Shown here: in pieces, positions 44,290 through 59,100 of the stretch
How the letters are laid out: every line of letters begins with the position of its first letter
Numbering within the stretch: the first letter of the stretch is position 1
NCBI GenBank assembly: GCA_964057225.1
Contig: OZ059900.1
Span: 13,764,001-13,828,000 of the forward strand
Direction: 5' to 3'
DNA from: Auanema rhodensis
Taxonomy: Eukaryota > Animalia > Nematoda
DNA length: 64,000 nt
The notes under the pieces: generated by a model
What the model saw: only the letters and a program-made list of their open reading frames with translations
Databases searched by the model: none
Told to the model about the DNA's origin: nothing
Program-made: the position numbers and the translations under genes

Positions 44290-47259
44290 TTAGTAGAATA
44301 ATGCATCATCAGTTATAGCCGATCCAATGGTAACTTCGTTTGGCTCAACATTCGCGAAAAGACGCTGACTCAGCAACTTGTCGCCCATACCGGCATTTGA
44401 TGTGTCCCATTGCAAGATATATTGCCTTCTGAAACAAAAGGTTATAAAACATTAAAAAATTTTCCCATACTTATAGTATGAGTCAGACTCAGTTAGCTGG
44501 GTGGTGGCTAAATCTTTCAAATATCGAACAGCTTTTTCGCAATGGGTATTTCTGCTGTCTGCTGAAATTAGAAAATTGAATATCTTAACAAGAAGAGGGA
44601 TAACGCTAACCAGGCAAGGAGACACCGCCCAAAGCAATGCGTGTACTGAAAGCAAAAATTAATCAAATATCAAAACAAAGGTCAACCTTTGCGTGTAATA
44701 TGCTTGAATGCCATCGAGAACAAGGTTATGAATATCTAGATTATCCTTCGGAATGGATTCATTTGGGTATTTAGTGTTCCACTGAAATGATAATTAGTGA
44801 TATCTACTTTATAATTCGAAAATACAGGTGAAATAAGTGAAGTAACAGCAGACGTATACATTAAATGCTTTCTTTCAGCACATTTAATAAGCCGGAATGC
44901 TTCCAAATAGTCATCTCTGAAGTATGATTCGCAATAACTACATAACATGATTTGATTATAAACCTAATTTCGCTTTCCAAAGCAGTATTCACAGATCGTG
45001 CTGCGTCTTCTAGCTCATTAGTTGGTAATAAAGCTGGCCCTTAAACAAAATAATTAAATTTCTGTTTGCATTCTTTTTTTACAGTCTGAAGCTAATTGCA
45101 AGAAACTATAACGGAAAACATCGGAACGAATCCAATTTTTCACTTGCTGTATATCTGCTGTTTGCAATTCACTAATAATTGAAAGAGCAATAGGGTGTTC
45201 TTGGTTATCAACTAGAGGCAATGAGTTTAGTTGCTTATTTCCTTGATCAATATGTTCTTCAGCATCGAAAAATTCTTCTAGAAGAGGAGATATAACGAAA
45301 AAGATAAGTTGTTGACTCACCTTCTCCAAAGATGGTTGAGTCATCTAAAGTGTCGAAATTTTTCTTTCTCTGATTCATACACCATTGTAGAGTCATTAGC
45401 ATATCAGATAAACATGCGCAATTTGAAGGTTTATCAGATTCACGATATCTTAAAGTTGAATTGAAAATGAATTGTTTCAGTTATTTGATGTTTAGCATAC
45501 AATAGCAATTCGGTGCAGTGATCATATTTGTCTTCCAATAATGATACGAATTTTAACCAATATTTGAAAAATGAAACAGTTTTTTTTCTTTTTTCTAAGT
45601 GATTACAGAAAAGAAGTCTCGCCAGACGTAATGATAAAGACATACAGCTAAGATTTTTTGTAATCAGAGGATACTTCTATAAAAAAAATTTTAAAATTAA
45701 AGATCAGTTATTCTGAATGCTTACTTCAATTAGTTTGGTAACATGTTCATTCATTTTCGTCATAATAACCTCATCGTTATTTTCAAAAATGGAATCAATC
45801 TGCTTATTTGTATCTCCCATTAATTCCACAAGTTGGTTTTCGAGTGATATTTTTGTGTCACTGTCTTCGTCAATAGATAAATCTAAAAATTAATTTATGA
45901 AGTAAAGTATATTATATGACGATGCCTTCCACATCTGGAATCTCATGTATGACCGAGTGCTTCATTAGTTCGTTAAGGAGAGCTTCTGAAAGTTATCACA
46001 GATAAAAGAAAATAAAACTGAAAAAAGTTAGTTAAAATACCGTGGTCACCATAGATAGAGCTGAACATGAACGAAATTTTCCAAGAAGCCGACGTTTTCA
46101 TTCTGTCCAAATCGCCAGCCTACATGAAAAAACAACATTATAAGCGTATAAGTAAACTTTATACATTATTTTCTCGGATATTATCTTCATTGAAGTTGTT
46201 CCAATGCGCGATAAGGTCTATAGCCCTAATACAAGAATATAGATTAATAAAAACCACAAAATAACTTACTCTACAACGTTTTTATTGTCATTTTTATCAT
46301 TAAGAATCTAAGAATAAATATAGATATAAACAAATTCAAATTAATCTCTAACCTCATATCGATATACCACTTGGGCTGATACCTTAATAATATTATCAAA
46401 ATCAATCAGCAAATTTTCATTATGTGTTCCGTTTTGTTGAACCTAAAGCAATATTATACCGGCTGATGGTTATAACTTACATGTTCTCTGAAGAGTTCAG
46501 TTAACCCACTTAGAATTCGATGTTTAGCGAAAACATTCTTTAAACAAACTGTCTAAATATGATTACGTATGTACAAATAAATAAAGATGAACTACATTAT
46601 AGTTTCTCTGAATGTTACTATTGCACATAATTCCAGTGTATAGCCTATTAGTCAAGATTCCATGTTGAAAAATTACAGGCACCGACCTATATAAGAAGTT
46701 TATTAAGTATTACGTGTTTATATTACCATCCAGAAAGTAATTGTGCTTGGTTTACTAATGATAATAAATTTGGAATTATTTTAGTATCCATATTCTTATT
46801 GTCAAAATCGACAATCCCTAATACGAATTCATTAATATTAAACTGAAAATGTTATTAAAGGATGCATGAACTGATGAAAAATACTAACCAAAGTATTAAT
46901 GTTGTCTATTATAGTGTTTGAATATCCCGTTTCATGACTTTTATCAATTTTCTGCTTTACAATTAATTATTATTTGAAGAAACACAGATAATATGTCTAC
47001 CTTTTCATTTTGAGGATAGTAATATACAAATTCCACTTGCTCTCCAAGAAGTTCAACGATCTGCTCCTTTTTTGAACAGCCTTCGATACTTGACTATAAA
47101 TTTATATTAAATCAATTTGATATAACTAAAAAGATTTACATCATCATTTCCATCATTTTGAGAATTGTTAGCCCATTCCAAAAAAATAGTTTCTATGGCA
47201 TTTATGTATTTTTCCTGCTGAGTTACTATAGTGTAGTCGTCAACCGAAATCAAACTCAT
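44290..47259 (-). CDS. Divergent, shortened RAB3GAP1 (rbg-1)-like protein
   Basis: N-terminus ISVDDYTIVTQQEKYINAIETIFLEW (cf. FEITDFTTASEWERFISKVEEVLNDW). Middle YWLKFVSLLEDKY...CACLSDMLMTLQWCMNQRK...EEFFDA. C-terminus RQYILQW...SQRLFANVEPNEVTIGSAITDDALFY* (cf. REYILR...PQRMYSV...AGAFSSDTSFF). Confidence 0.7.
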
Positions 47260-50200
47260 TTGAAAATATCAAATGTAGTCCTTAAAACTTAAAATACAAT
47301 AATAAGTTATTCTCAAAATTGAATATTAAAATTTTTATATTTTTATTCCAAAACAGCAGAACATATATTAAGTAAAATGGTGACTAGTGTAGTTGTTTGC
47401 TTCTCTGCAAATATTAGTAATAGAGCGCTGTTCAAGCAATACTACCTATATAATTTTTTTTTGTTTTATCCCTTGTCTAAAACTAATAAACCTTTTGTTT
47501 ATTATTTAAAAGCTTTTATATTATCCATATGCATTATAAATGAAAATTACTGCAAAACATCAGAATTATTATTATTATTCCAAATGTATTAATTTTTTAA
47601 GGCATACTAAGCGTGTCGCTAAGCAACATATGTTTTCACTCCATTTGCACTCATAATAGATTTAATAATATCTTCATTGTTAACAGTAGTAATTTCACTT
47701 TTTTTTTTGGAAAATTAATATATAAAGTATAATATATATGTATATAGGATATTTGCAAAAAAAAATTAAATATAAATAGTTATTCATATCTGCCAAAAAA
47801 AATTTTCAAGCATTTGCAGATAACTTCTAGTGGAATAAATTTCAACAAAAAGCATCTGAATTTTTTTTTAAAACGATTAATTTATTCGAAAGAAATTTTT
47901 TTTCCTTAACTTAATGAATTATTCAATATTTTACATATATTTTATCTGGGATATAATTCGTATGAAAGCCAAATAAATGCTATCTCAATCTTTTCGAGAA
48001 ATCTTTTGTCTCAACATCGTTCTATAAAACAATCAGTTCTAGATTGATGCAACAAAGCTTATTAATTGTTTATTCTTGACCCTGCAAGAGGATATACTTA
48101 ATCAATAACTGGAGAGCAAGAATTCGTAGAAACTGAAAATTTAATCTAGCATTTGAGAGCTATGAAAATTCAAATTTTCATTGATGCATTTGGTTTTTTT
48201 TTTGTTTTTTTTTTTGAATTCAACTTTTATGTATAACACATTAGAGCAATAAAACTTGTGTGTATAAATCACAGCAGTCTGTTCCAGATTTTCAAACAAC
48301 TATTTTTTTTGCGCGGGTTACTTTTGAATTCAAATTTTTCCCATCTCTTTCGCACACTCACAGATTTTTATGATTATTTTCCCAATAACTCATTTGTGAA
48401 AACTTCTGCTTCAGTTTCGAATCTAAATTTTAATAATTTTTTCTGTGTCACTTTTTTATTTTGCTGGCGTTGAGTTCAAGTTTAACAAATATTTATAAGA
48501 TTTTCAAATTAATTATGTGTATGTTTATATGACTCTGAATTATATTTTTCAATTTTTTTTTTGAGTTTTTAAATTCTGATACCAAAATATAAGGTGTTTC
48601 TCAAAAGAATACGGATGTCAGATTGTTTTGTGACCTCATCTGTTCACTCCACTACTTGAACCTTTTCAATCTGTCTATGCTGCATTGCCTCTTCCTTCTT
48701 TTTATTTCTCTCGCTCAATCCATTCATCTGCTGTCTCTCATTCTTTTTATTTTCACTCTCTCTCTTGTTCAGTTTTTCTTTCAGCTCATCTTAATCTTTG
48801 TTTCTCTTCATCTGTCATTATCTTTCTCCCCGCGCATCTTTTCTTTTTGCATCTTTTCAACGCAATCTCATTCCTACGCGTTCTCTTGCTCTCTTAGTTT
48901 TTCGTATTCTCTCGCCACTCTTTGCACGACAAAAAGACATACACTCTTATCCTCCTCACCACTACATCTTTACCAACCAGCAATAGAACATCATTGGCTT
49001 AACTGCAATTTTTCTTTCTCATCTCTATCTTGTTTTAAATACTGTCTGCAGGCTATGTATCTAGTTAACAAAGCTATTTATATACTTGTATATTAATATA
49101 AATATATATATATAATTATATGTTTATACTTTTAGAGAAAAAGAGAGAGTGAGATTGTCTAACTTATATTTTTTTAGCTTGAGTAAATAGGTTAAAAAAA
49201 TCTAATGAGTTGAAAAAAAGCATTTAAAAACACTAAATGCATTTCAATATTAGCTGCAACACAGATATTCCTAATCAAGTTCAGTTAAGTTGCTGACTTG
49301 TTGTACAATTCGTTTTTTGTTTTTAATTTTTATATATTCTTTTGTTGAAATCATACAACTCTACATGCTTTACAATTTGTGTGCTTTATATCTAGATCAT
49401 ACTCATTCTCTCATCATCACTCATTTCCTTTTGGTATAAATTGTTGTAAAGTAAACCTTTTCACTCTATATGTCATGTCAATACTACTATGATCATTGTC
49501 TCTTGCATTCTTCTCTGTTCGCACGAAACTACTGTGCTTCGTTCGTACCTCAATAGCAAATCTTTTTGGTTAGAATATGTCGCCTTTAGCACAACTCCTG
49601 TCAAACAATGCCGCTTGCGCGGGGCTATTATCTCACAGTTCCTTTATATTGATTCATTCAAACATTTCTTTACCCAAGCAATCGAAACCGTATTTCCTTG
49701 CGTTTAATTTTAATTTTTTTTATTTTCAATTCGTAATTTAACAAAAGTTGAGCGAAAATATATTAATGAACATTAATTCTTATTTTGTTATGCCCTATTC
49801 AGTATTTTCCATTTTTATGTTACAATTTTTCTAAAACTAGTCCACTACTCTATACACATGTGTATGTAGATGTAGATGAGAGTATATATAAGAAACTCTT
49901 ACTGTCTTTTGTCCGGAATACTCCAATTTTACTTTTGGTTTTCCTATTAGTACCTTGCGACGTCTTTTATCCTGATTATGCCCTACATTCAACAGAGAGA
50001 AGGTGGAGAGGGGGGACAGAAGATTTTGAAAGTTTTTTCACAGCGGCCAAATTGCTATGGCCAAAAATAGTCAATAACATGTCATTGCCCTGCTGAGAAA
50101 CCTTTGCCCGTAGCTTGTCTTATCTATTCCGCAGTCTACAATCTTTTCACTTTCTGTTTCTTTCTTTTCCGTCTTTTATATCTCATACATATGCCCCTTT

Positions 50201-50343
50201 CTGTTTCTATTTATGTTAATTATGATTCAAATTTTTTGGAATTATTCCATTGACCTCACATTCATTTGTATTTTATGACAGCTTTGTGTCTGAGCTGTTT
50301 CTCACCTATTCTTCATATCCATACATTTTATTATATTTTCCAG

Positions 50344-50551
50344 AGCTTTGCAACGCTTTCGCGACATGGGTATCATTTTTAACGCAACTTCTGCTTAAAC
50401 TATAATTAGCTTTTGAATTTGTGTGAATAAGCTTCTTTCAAGCGCTCTTGTTTCAAGATTTTCGTAACCAAACATCGATTGTTGTGATTCACTTCCGTGA
50501 AAATATATAGGGCAAAGTTTTAAAACTGGATCAACAGTTTTCTTCATACGC
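50344..50551 (+). other. Probable non-coding 5' exon of the PHD-finger gene
   Basis: TTTTCCAG acceptor ending at 50343 and GTGAGT donor at 50552, upstream of the TTCAG acceptor just before the ATG at 50814. Confidence 0.4.
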
Positions 50552-50813
50552 GTGAGTTATTTTTTAATTGGTTTCTGCTTCCTCGACATCTTAGCCTTGT
50601 GTGGAATATGTTTAGAATAGAAGTGTTAAACCACTGGTGAATCTTAGAGATGTTCAAACAAATAATAACATTTTTATTTCATAATAATGAAAATATCTGT
50701 TGAAATTGAAATTATTCAAATAATTGTAGCTAACTTAAACATTTTCGCTAAATGTGCATTGAGAATTCTTGCCCCATTGTACATTTCAAGTTTTTAAGCA
50801 TATTTTCTTCAGA

Positions 50814-53531
50814 ATGTGGAATGCTACCTCAACAGCTGTACCTCCACGTTCTGCATGCGTATCTGGCCAGATGCTATCGCCTAATGTGATGCGGCCTGGT
50901 AATTATATGCCTCCTTCAGCACTTCATCGCGGGTTTGCTGGTCCTCCTGGAACTGGAATTATGAACGGATATCCCGGAATGCCTCCTATGCACGGAATTA
51001 ATGCAAATGGGGTCGGCCCCATGCCCAATGCACATCTTGCGGGTTCTCAGCAGCAAACACCGCATCAGCAAACACAATCAGAGAATACGTTATCACATCA
51101 GCCACCGGTATCAATGCATTCAGCATCAATGCCTCCTCCACATATGCGGTTTCCACATCCGTCACAAGGGCCTCCGTCCAGTAATGCCAGTACTCCTAAT
51201 ATATATGGTCAGCATGGAGTTTCAAATAGTAAACTCGATGCAGAGATGCAGCAAAATCAATCACCGCACACAGGTCCCAGTTCAACACCAATAGGATTCA
51301 GTCCAATGATGGCTTCCAAGTAAGTTTTCAAATTATATTATCAAAAAAAAGTAGTAGATACATTGATTCAATACTACTCAATCATCTGCTAAACAATCTA
51401 ATCTACGAATAGTTGATTTTCCGTTTCAGCTATCCACGGCAATTTCCTCCAAATCCTAATTCAGATGGAAAGCCAGAAAACATGAACTGTCATCCAGATT
51501 ACCAGCAGATGCAAATGAAAACTCCTGAACCACCAAAAAGTCAAGTAAGGGATTTTTTCTTTTTTTTCATATTTTAAAGGATTTTGTCTTTATCTCATGC
51601 CCATACTCATAAAAAATTAATTATTTGTAGCACATGTCTATGAATGGATATAATCTTATGGGACCTATGAGTGCAGGCGGTCCAACACCATCGAATCATC
51701 CTTCTCAACAAAGCTCTCAGAGTAGCTTGAGTAATCAATTAAATGGACCTACGCAAAAAGCTCCCCCTCCAAATACTATGAACTCAAACATGACACATGC
51801 AGGAGGCTCTCTATCCCATCCAGTAAGGTTTCATTAGAAAAAATATTTAAAATTCATGAAATGTATTCATCATAGCAATATGAAATATGAGCTGAAGAGC
51901 AATGAAAAAAAATTGAAGCACCATAAAAACACATCTCTGGAGAATTGGCTAAAACATTAGATAGAAATTTGTTTATAACAGTGCAAATCATTAAAAGCCT
52001 ATCACTCCGATCTCCTTGCTTTTTCTATTAACCAATACTAGTTCATCGAATTTGACTTTATTTCAAAGAATTATATTTATTTTTGACTTTCATGTTATCT
52101 CTGTTCATTTATAATTTCTCATTTGCAGCTGCTCGACTCAAAAATGCGTTCACCACATTATCCAGTATATAATCCGAATGGGCAATCAACTCCACAACCT
52201 ACACCTTCCTCCGGCCAACCTACCCAGCAACAGCAGCAACAAGCAGCACAACAGACTGCGCAGTCACAGCAGCAACAACAAGCGGCACAACAGCATATTG
52301 CGGCGCATCATAACCTTTATCAGATGCAACCCAATAATCCATACAACTTTTCTGATTTTTATCAACAGCAAACAGCACCTGCAAATCATCCACCCCAATC
52401 TTCTGCTCCATCCGTTCAACAACCTCCTACTTCAGCAGCTAATTCAAATCAGAATGTACGTCTAAACTTTATTAAAAAATTAAATATTTATATTTCTCTT
52501 GTTGGACAATTTGAAATTGAATTATCCGTTTTTAGCAACCTGCAACTTCTCTTCCAAACAATCCATATGCTACTCCATCTCAACGGTCTTCACCAACATA
52601 TCCTATTGGGCAACATGTTAGTTATACCTTGAATAAATAGAAAAAACTGAATAATATTTCAGCCTATATCTGATCTGCCTCAGCCCCCAACTTTTGGTTT
52701 TCTTCCTGTAGGTGTAATTCCACCACGCCCTGTTTCTCATCAGCCTTACCCTGATTTTCGGCGGTAACAAACATTAAATTTCCGTATAAGCTAGTTGTAT
52801 AGAAGGGCACAATATTATAATCCATATGCTACAGTTCAGTCTGGATCATCTAATTCTGAAAGTGACAAAAACAAAAATGATGGTAGACTTTTCAGAGGTT
52901 TATATGTATGAAAATGTAGTTTTTCAGCAAATTTTCAATCATTAGATAATAAGCAAGCACTACCAAATAACTATTCTATGCACCAATTAGTTCCTTCTCA
53001 GCAACCTCAACAAAAGGTATACACATAATTTTCTGCACATATATCTTTCTATTTATATAATATATGTGTATATAATTAATATTAACTTTTTCTATTTTCA
53101 AGGAGTTAGAGCAAAGATTTCTAACGAATCGTCAGAATATTCCATTGATTTCACATAATGGCGCCCAGGCAATTAAAGAAGGATTAGTGAATGCACCTGC
53201 TGCCGAGAATAGGCCAGTGCTTGGCCCTTGTCCTATATGTAATGTAAGAAATATGAAAAGTACTATGAGAATAGTAATGAATCGTGTTTAGATTAATGAT
53301 GGATCTCTTGTAACAAATGGTGTCGCATGCGATGGTCCTTGTAGTCGTCATTATCACATTGTACGCTAATTCTTTCAGTTTTTTTAAATGTTAATTGAAA
53401 CTACCTAGGCTTGTTCGGGAATGAAAGAGCGAGCTGCTTCGTTAATTCGAACCGATGTATTAGCCAAATGGATTTGCTTAGATTGTACACGTAAACGACA
53501 GATGGAAAATGTGTACATAATGAAAAACTAA
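50814..53531 (+). CDS. Pro/Gln/Asn-rich protein with C-terminal Pygopus-type PHD finger
   Basis: Low-complexity P/Q/G/M exons followed by GPCPICN|INDGSLVTNGVACDGPCSRHYHI|ACSGMKERAASLIRTDVLAKWICLDC (C4HC3), TAA at 53529-53531. Could be two genes split at the 51.8-52.1 kb intron. Confidence 0.75.
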
Positions 53532-54198
53532 GAAATATTCATTAATATTATAATTTGAACGGTGTACCTGCTTTCCAAAGCTTAGGTTGTAGAATCAGTT
53601 ACATTAATCTAAAATTATAATATACATATGTGCCGAGCTTAATTATTTGATTTATTTGAAAACACAATGTTATATTTCATTCTACTAGAAATGTTATTGT
53701 TCAAGAAGGTCACAATACTCTTCCTTCTTTTATTTTTATTGTTGAGTTTGAAAAAACTAAGGTTTTTTTAATATAATTAATAGATTCATTTACTATATTA
53801 AATGAATCCTAATCTATTTGATATCATCATTTCTTGTGCTTTCTACCACTTTTTTCATAAGAAGTTTACTTTTATTTTTAATTTTAGCAAGAAATTTTGA
53901 AAAAAAAGCTACTTGCTTTCTCAGTGATTGGCTTTTATTGTACTTTTGGTTAATCATTGGCGCTTATGATGCCTTATTGTTACCTTTTTATTTCTTTTCG
54001 AACTTTATTTGAAAACAATTCTCAGTCTTTGTTGTCCATCTTATATTTGATTGAATTTCATAAAAACTCAATACATCATTTCATAAAAGTAATGGAACTG
54101 TTAAAACAAACATCAATTAAATTCTTAATACTAATTGTGTTAATTATACATATAAATTAAATCTAATTAGTTCAATATATACAAACAGTACCACATAA

Positions 54199-56134
54199 TC
54201 ATTTTCTACTGTAATAGATGACAACTTTTTTAATTAAACGTGTAATAGTTAATACAATCCATCGTAATGCATATATTATCATTTGCATAAGTGTAATTAT
54301 TGATAATCCAAGGAAGAATCCAAACTGGCCTATATTGTAAATATTATAATTGAAGAATATAGATTGAATGCTTTACCTCCAATTTGAGACATAAATCCAG
54401 GGACTGAAGTAGTATAAACTTCTTTCACATATTCGTACTGAACATTACTTATAAATGGAAGTAGTATTTATAGATTACCTGTAAATCGTTATACGAAATT
54501 TCTAAATTGAATGTATACAGTTTAAAAGGTTCAAGTGTTTGACTTTGTTGAAGGGACGCTTGATAATCCCATCGACGACATCCAGGAATGCACTATGAAC
54601 AATAAAAGTTGTAACACGTTGTAAAAACAATCTTACATTTTCTTTGACATCAACAGAATTGAAGACCAACTGTATGCTTTCATAATAAGACTCTGCTATA
54701 ACACTAGGATCGCATATTCCTTTATTTTGAGGTAATTGACTAATATTTGGTAGATAAGCTAATGTACAATTGAATGGATAAACCACACTTGATAGTAACC
54801 ATCGTCGTATAGTGCATTCTGCATCGCGTCCTTCTATCTTCAAATACTCATTAAAAATTCAGATATTTGAAAATATACAGCTAAATACTAACCTTATTTG
54901 TACAAACATCATTTTTCTGTATTAGTTCAATGTACCTCGCGGTCAATCTCATACGATTCCATTCGTTTGGATATAAATAAAATCTTGGATAATCAAGAAT
55001 GTCCTCATAATTATCCGTTAAATATACAACTAATTGTGGCTGAAAAATCATAATTCCTTATGTGAAGCTTATTACTTTTTACTTGAGTAAAGTTATATTG
55101 TTTATTAGTAATGCTGGAAGGAGCTTTCAGAGATAACATAAGCCTGCCAATATCATCAGCTTCAGTCTAAAAATTATAACATAGCGTTCCAACGTGAGAG
55201 CATTTTAGTTGCCTATGTAAGAATTAGAAAAATTTTACCTGATTGATATTTGGACGAGTTTGATAACACAATCCACGTCTCATTACGGGTTGTTTCCGAA
55301 ACAGATCGTTGCAGCAATCCATGATTTTACCAGCCAGCTGGCACTCACTGAATAAATCTTCGCAACGGTAAGCATATTTATCCTATAATTTGCTCATTAA
55401 TACATAGTTTACAGAGTTTGTAACAAACTTGAATATGAAAAAAAAAATCTTCAGTTTTATATCCTTGAGACCATTGTAAGTATAAATGATTTAAATAGCT
55501 CATATACGAATTATTAAAATAGGAAAGTTCATCCATATTCTCAAGTCCGTTTCCACCTATCCAAAATCTGCAAGCAGGTTTATATGAATATTCAAGTTAA
55601 TTACAAGTATCTCTTATTTACCGAATCAGGTCAACTATAATGTTATCAGGCAGTTCGCCAAGTGAAGACGTAATATCGCCTTTAAGACCTGTTGCATTGA
55701 ACGCATCTGGAACTTTCGGGCATATTGTTAATGCTGGCAATTCCAAACTTTTCACCTAAAAAAATGATAACATAGGCAAACAATTGAAATATAATTTCAC
55801 CAATTTTATAGTTGTGGATGTAGCTGTTGGTCCATTAATGTATTCTAATATAACAAGTGATGTTGTAACAGTTCCGCAGCTTATACAAATTACCATAACT
55901 AGCCACCAGAACAGACGTCTTGGCAATGTAACACTTGTTAAAGCCTGGAATAAACTTGAATGGGATACACATAACGTTAATGCAAAGTATTAAAGTGAAT
56001 GAAGCACGGCGTTTCAGATTCGAATTTTAAACTATATGTTACTATACCTGGCTCAATCCATGAATTTCTCCCGTCCAAGGTGGTGGATCATTTTGATGGC
56101 ATGAGCAAACACGTGCAGGTTTAGGTAAAAACAT
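54199..56134 (-). CDS. DEG/ENaC (amiloride-sensitive sodium channel family) subunit
   Basis: Pre-TM1 HG motif (GEIHGL), RRLFWWLV...TM1, post-TM1 LPALTICP, Cys-rich ectodomain, TM2 FMSQIG|GQFGFFLGLSIITLMQ with GxS filter. Confidence 0.9.
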
Positions 56135-59100
56135 TGTATATTGAATCAAATATTGAAGATATGTTATATCGAATTGTGTTGTCGTTTTTTCTTAAAAAAA
56201 TTACTAGTAAATAAAACCAAATTGAAATAAACAATTAAATTTTACTTTAAAATACAGCACAATAAGTTAGTTTTGCACAAACTACATGGCGTTCGGAAAA
56301 AGTGTACTATAATATAGTCGATAAATATATGATATTCTTGAACTAGATGATGTAATATGATAGATATACTCTATGAATAAAATATATTAAATGTGATATG
56401 CGGTTGGTAGCTACTGCTTCGGCTGAATATTTGAATGTTGCTCTGAAAGACAATAAGCAAATATGTATCTTGAAAAAGGTAGTACCATTTCATTAGCCTT
56501 GTGTCTTTGATATCCTGTAATATTAGCTCGTAAAAAGTTGATACATGTAAGAAAAAAAGAATAGGATTCTTCAAGGAAACAAGAAAAAACGACATTCTTC
56601 ATATTTCAGATTAACAATGAATATTAGAAATAAACTAACTTTTATGCAGAAAAAATGTGTATAAACTATCGAAAAACGTTTTTTACACTAAAAAGAGAAT
56701 TCTCATAAATGATGGAAATATTCTAATTTAAAAATTTTATCGCTTTGCACTTGTTTTTTTGATGGGTGGCAATATAATATAATATTAATACATCATAGCA
56801 GAAATTTAAAACAATCAGCATATTTTTTCAAAAATTCTGTCAAATATTTCTTTATGAGTTTTTTTTTGAATGGCAAATAAAACTATTGTTACTTAATCTT
56901 TCACTTTTAATTAGTTTGTTTTATCTTTTTTTTCTGATGTAAAACTATGAAATAATCAATTTTTTCAGTTTTCAATTTCATGAATGAAGCCCAAATATAT
57001 TATAATCACTAATCTTTCGCCTAGTTTTAATCCTTAGACCAACTCATTTTTCATTTGAAAGTTTTTCCTGAACATGCACCAAATGCCATAGTTTTTGTTT
57101 TTTGTCTTCTCTAAAATGAGTTTTTTCTTTATATTGTCGTTTTCATCATTTGTGTATAATTTGTATATTCCACTTCATTTGTTTCTGAAAAAAACGCAGA
57201 AACAAGAACAAAGTTCAACTATTAGTTGACACTTTTCAACATTACTGCTTGTTTACTCGTTCTATAACTTAATGAAAATTGAAAAAGGAAAAAAGAAATA
57301 ACTATCTACCCCCCCCCCTCATGAAAGCTGGTGACCGGAAAATTAAGAAAAAAAACCCGAATAGCATAATGTTGGTGAGTAAGTGCACATGATTATCGAA
57401 TGTGCAAGAAAAAGAAGCAGACTTGTCTCGCAATAGAGTAGTTGCTTTCAATAGTGGTTTCTGCCAATTTCCGGAAAATGGCTTGAGAATAGGAAAGAGA
57501 AAAGTCACAAATAGCTAGTTGCTCCTAACTCATAAATATACTCCATGTGAACTAGGATAATTTTTATAACATAAAAAATACCGATGAAAATGAATTTTTT
57601 TTGTCATAAATTAGAAAAAAAAATATTTTTTTCTGTTTTTTTCCAAATTCATTCCTCGAGAACGTTTTGTTTTGAATAACTTCTGAAGGCTGTCCTACTT
57701 CATTTCAACATGTTGCTGCATGCTTTTCACTATATTTCATATTTCTTTTTAATTTTTTTTGTATTTTTCTAGTTTATTTTTCTGTTTTGCTCTGATAAAC
57801 AAGAAAAAAAGAATTTGCATAAATTGAACAAAGCAAATCTTATAAAAATATTAAAATGCATTGTTTGATACAAAAAAAAGTTTTGACTACAGAACATTTG
57901 TTAATTATGAGGTATAGATTAATGATTGTATCAAACATTTGTAAAACATTAAAAATTATATAAATATGTATTCAGCTATTTTCAATTTCAATTTGCATTG
58001 ATAATCATAAAATTCAACGTCTTAAAACCCGATTCTAACATGAAATAAGACAATTTCCGCAAACATTGTATTAATAATATGATGAGCGTCATCTGTTTAG
58101 AATTTTTATTTATTGAAAATTTTCTAATAATGTTTTCTTTCGCTAGATGACACATAACCCACTTATATTCAGTTAGGGAAAAAAATATTGATGTTTTACT
58201 CTATGCGTTTCGAAGACATCGGGCTTATTGAATTATGTTTCAAACTTCTTCGAATCTCATTTTCATCTCAACTATTTCCTTCGACAACGTATTGTCATGT
58301 TGACTTTCAATTTTCCTTTTGTTCTACTAATATCTGCATCATCATCTATTCCTACGCTGAATCTCCATCCTGTTGTCCTTTTCTTATATATGTCATTGAG
58401 TGAACTTTCGGTTTTCTCTCTGATTCATTAATTCTAACATTTCGATTTATAATTTTAACCTATTTTCTTAATTTCACAATTGGAAGTTTGCACAAAACTC
58501 ATTCTTCGTTTTCTAAAAAATGACTTCATTCAATGAATAAATATATGAATTGAATTTGAACAAGCTAATCAAGTAACTTTGGCTTTGATATTGGCTGTGA
58601 TAATCAGTGATTTGCTAATTCATAAATATCTACGCGTATTCATGAAAAAAATGAAAGCAGGCCAGTTACTGAATATTCAACTTTTTCGAAATAAGCATTT
58701 CATTCTTGAATGAGATGTGTCTGCCTTTTTTTATTTACTTCCTTCTTTATTCTTGTTTTATTGCTCAATTTCTGTCATATCCATTGTTCGTTTTCGTTTT
58801 CTTTTATATTTTATCTCTAGCGACCATTCTTAACATTAAAAACAGTTGTGCATTTAGAAACACTTGCACATGTTTATTGAATTTTTCTGTTCTCTCACTA
58901 GTGCAGCCAATTTTTTTCTTTCAATCATTCTTGTTTTTCCTTTATGTATTGCATCTGCCGTGGGATTTTTCTTTCGATTTACAGCCATATTTTCACTCCG
59001 TGAATAGAATTTTTTTTCCTCGTGCGAATGCGTCTTTCTTACTTATTTTCCGTAACTCTGCCTTTGCGTTAGTATATGGCAGTCTACTAAAGCAACTGTG

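Noticed and set aside
57309-57318. C10/G10 homopolymer as a G-quadruplex element
   Set aside because: Too short for an intramolecular G4.
58578-58605. mir-2-family miRNA (minus strand TATCACAGCC)
   Set aside because: No complementary arm for a pre-miRNA hairpin. It is a 12-bp tandem duplication (TTGGCTTTGATA/TTGGCTGTGATA).
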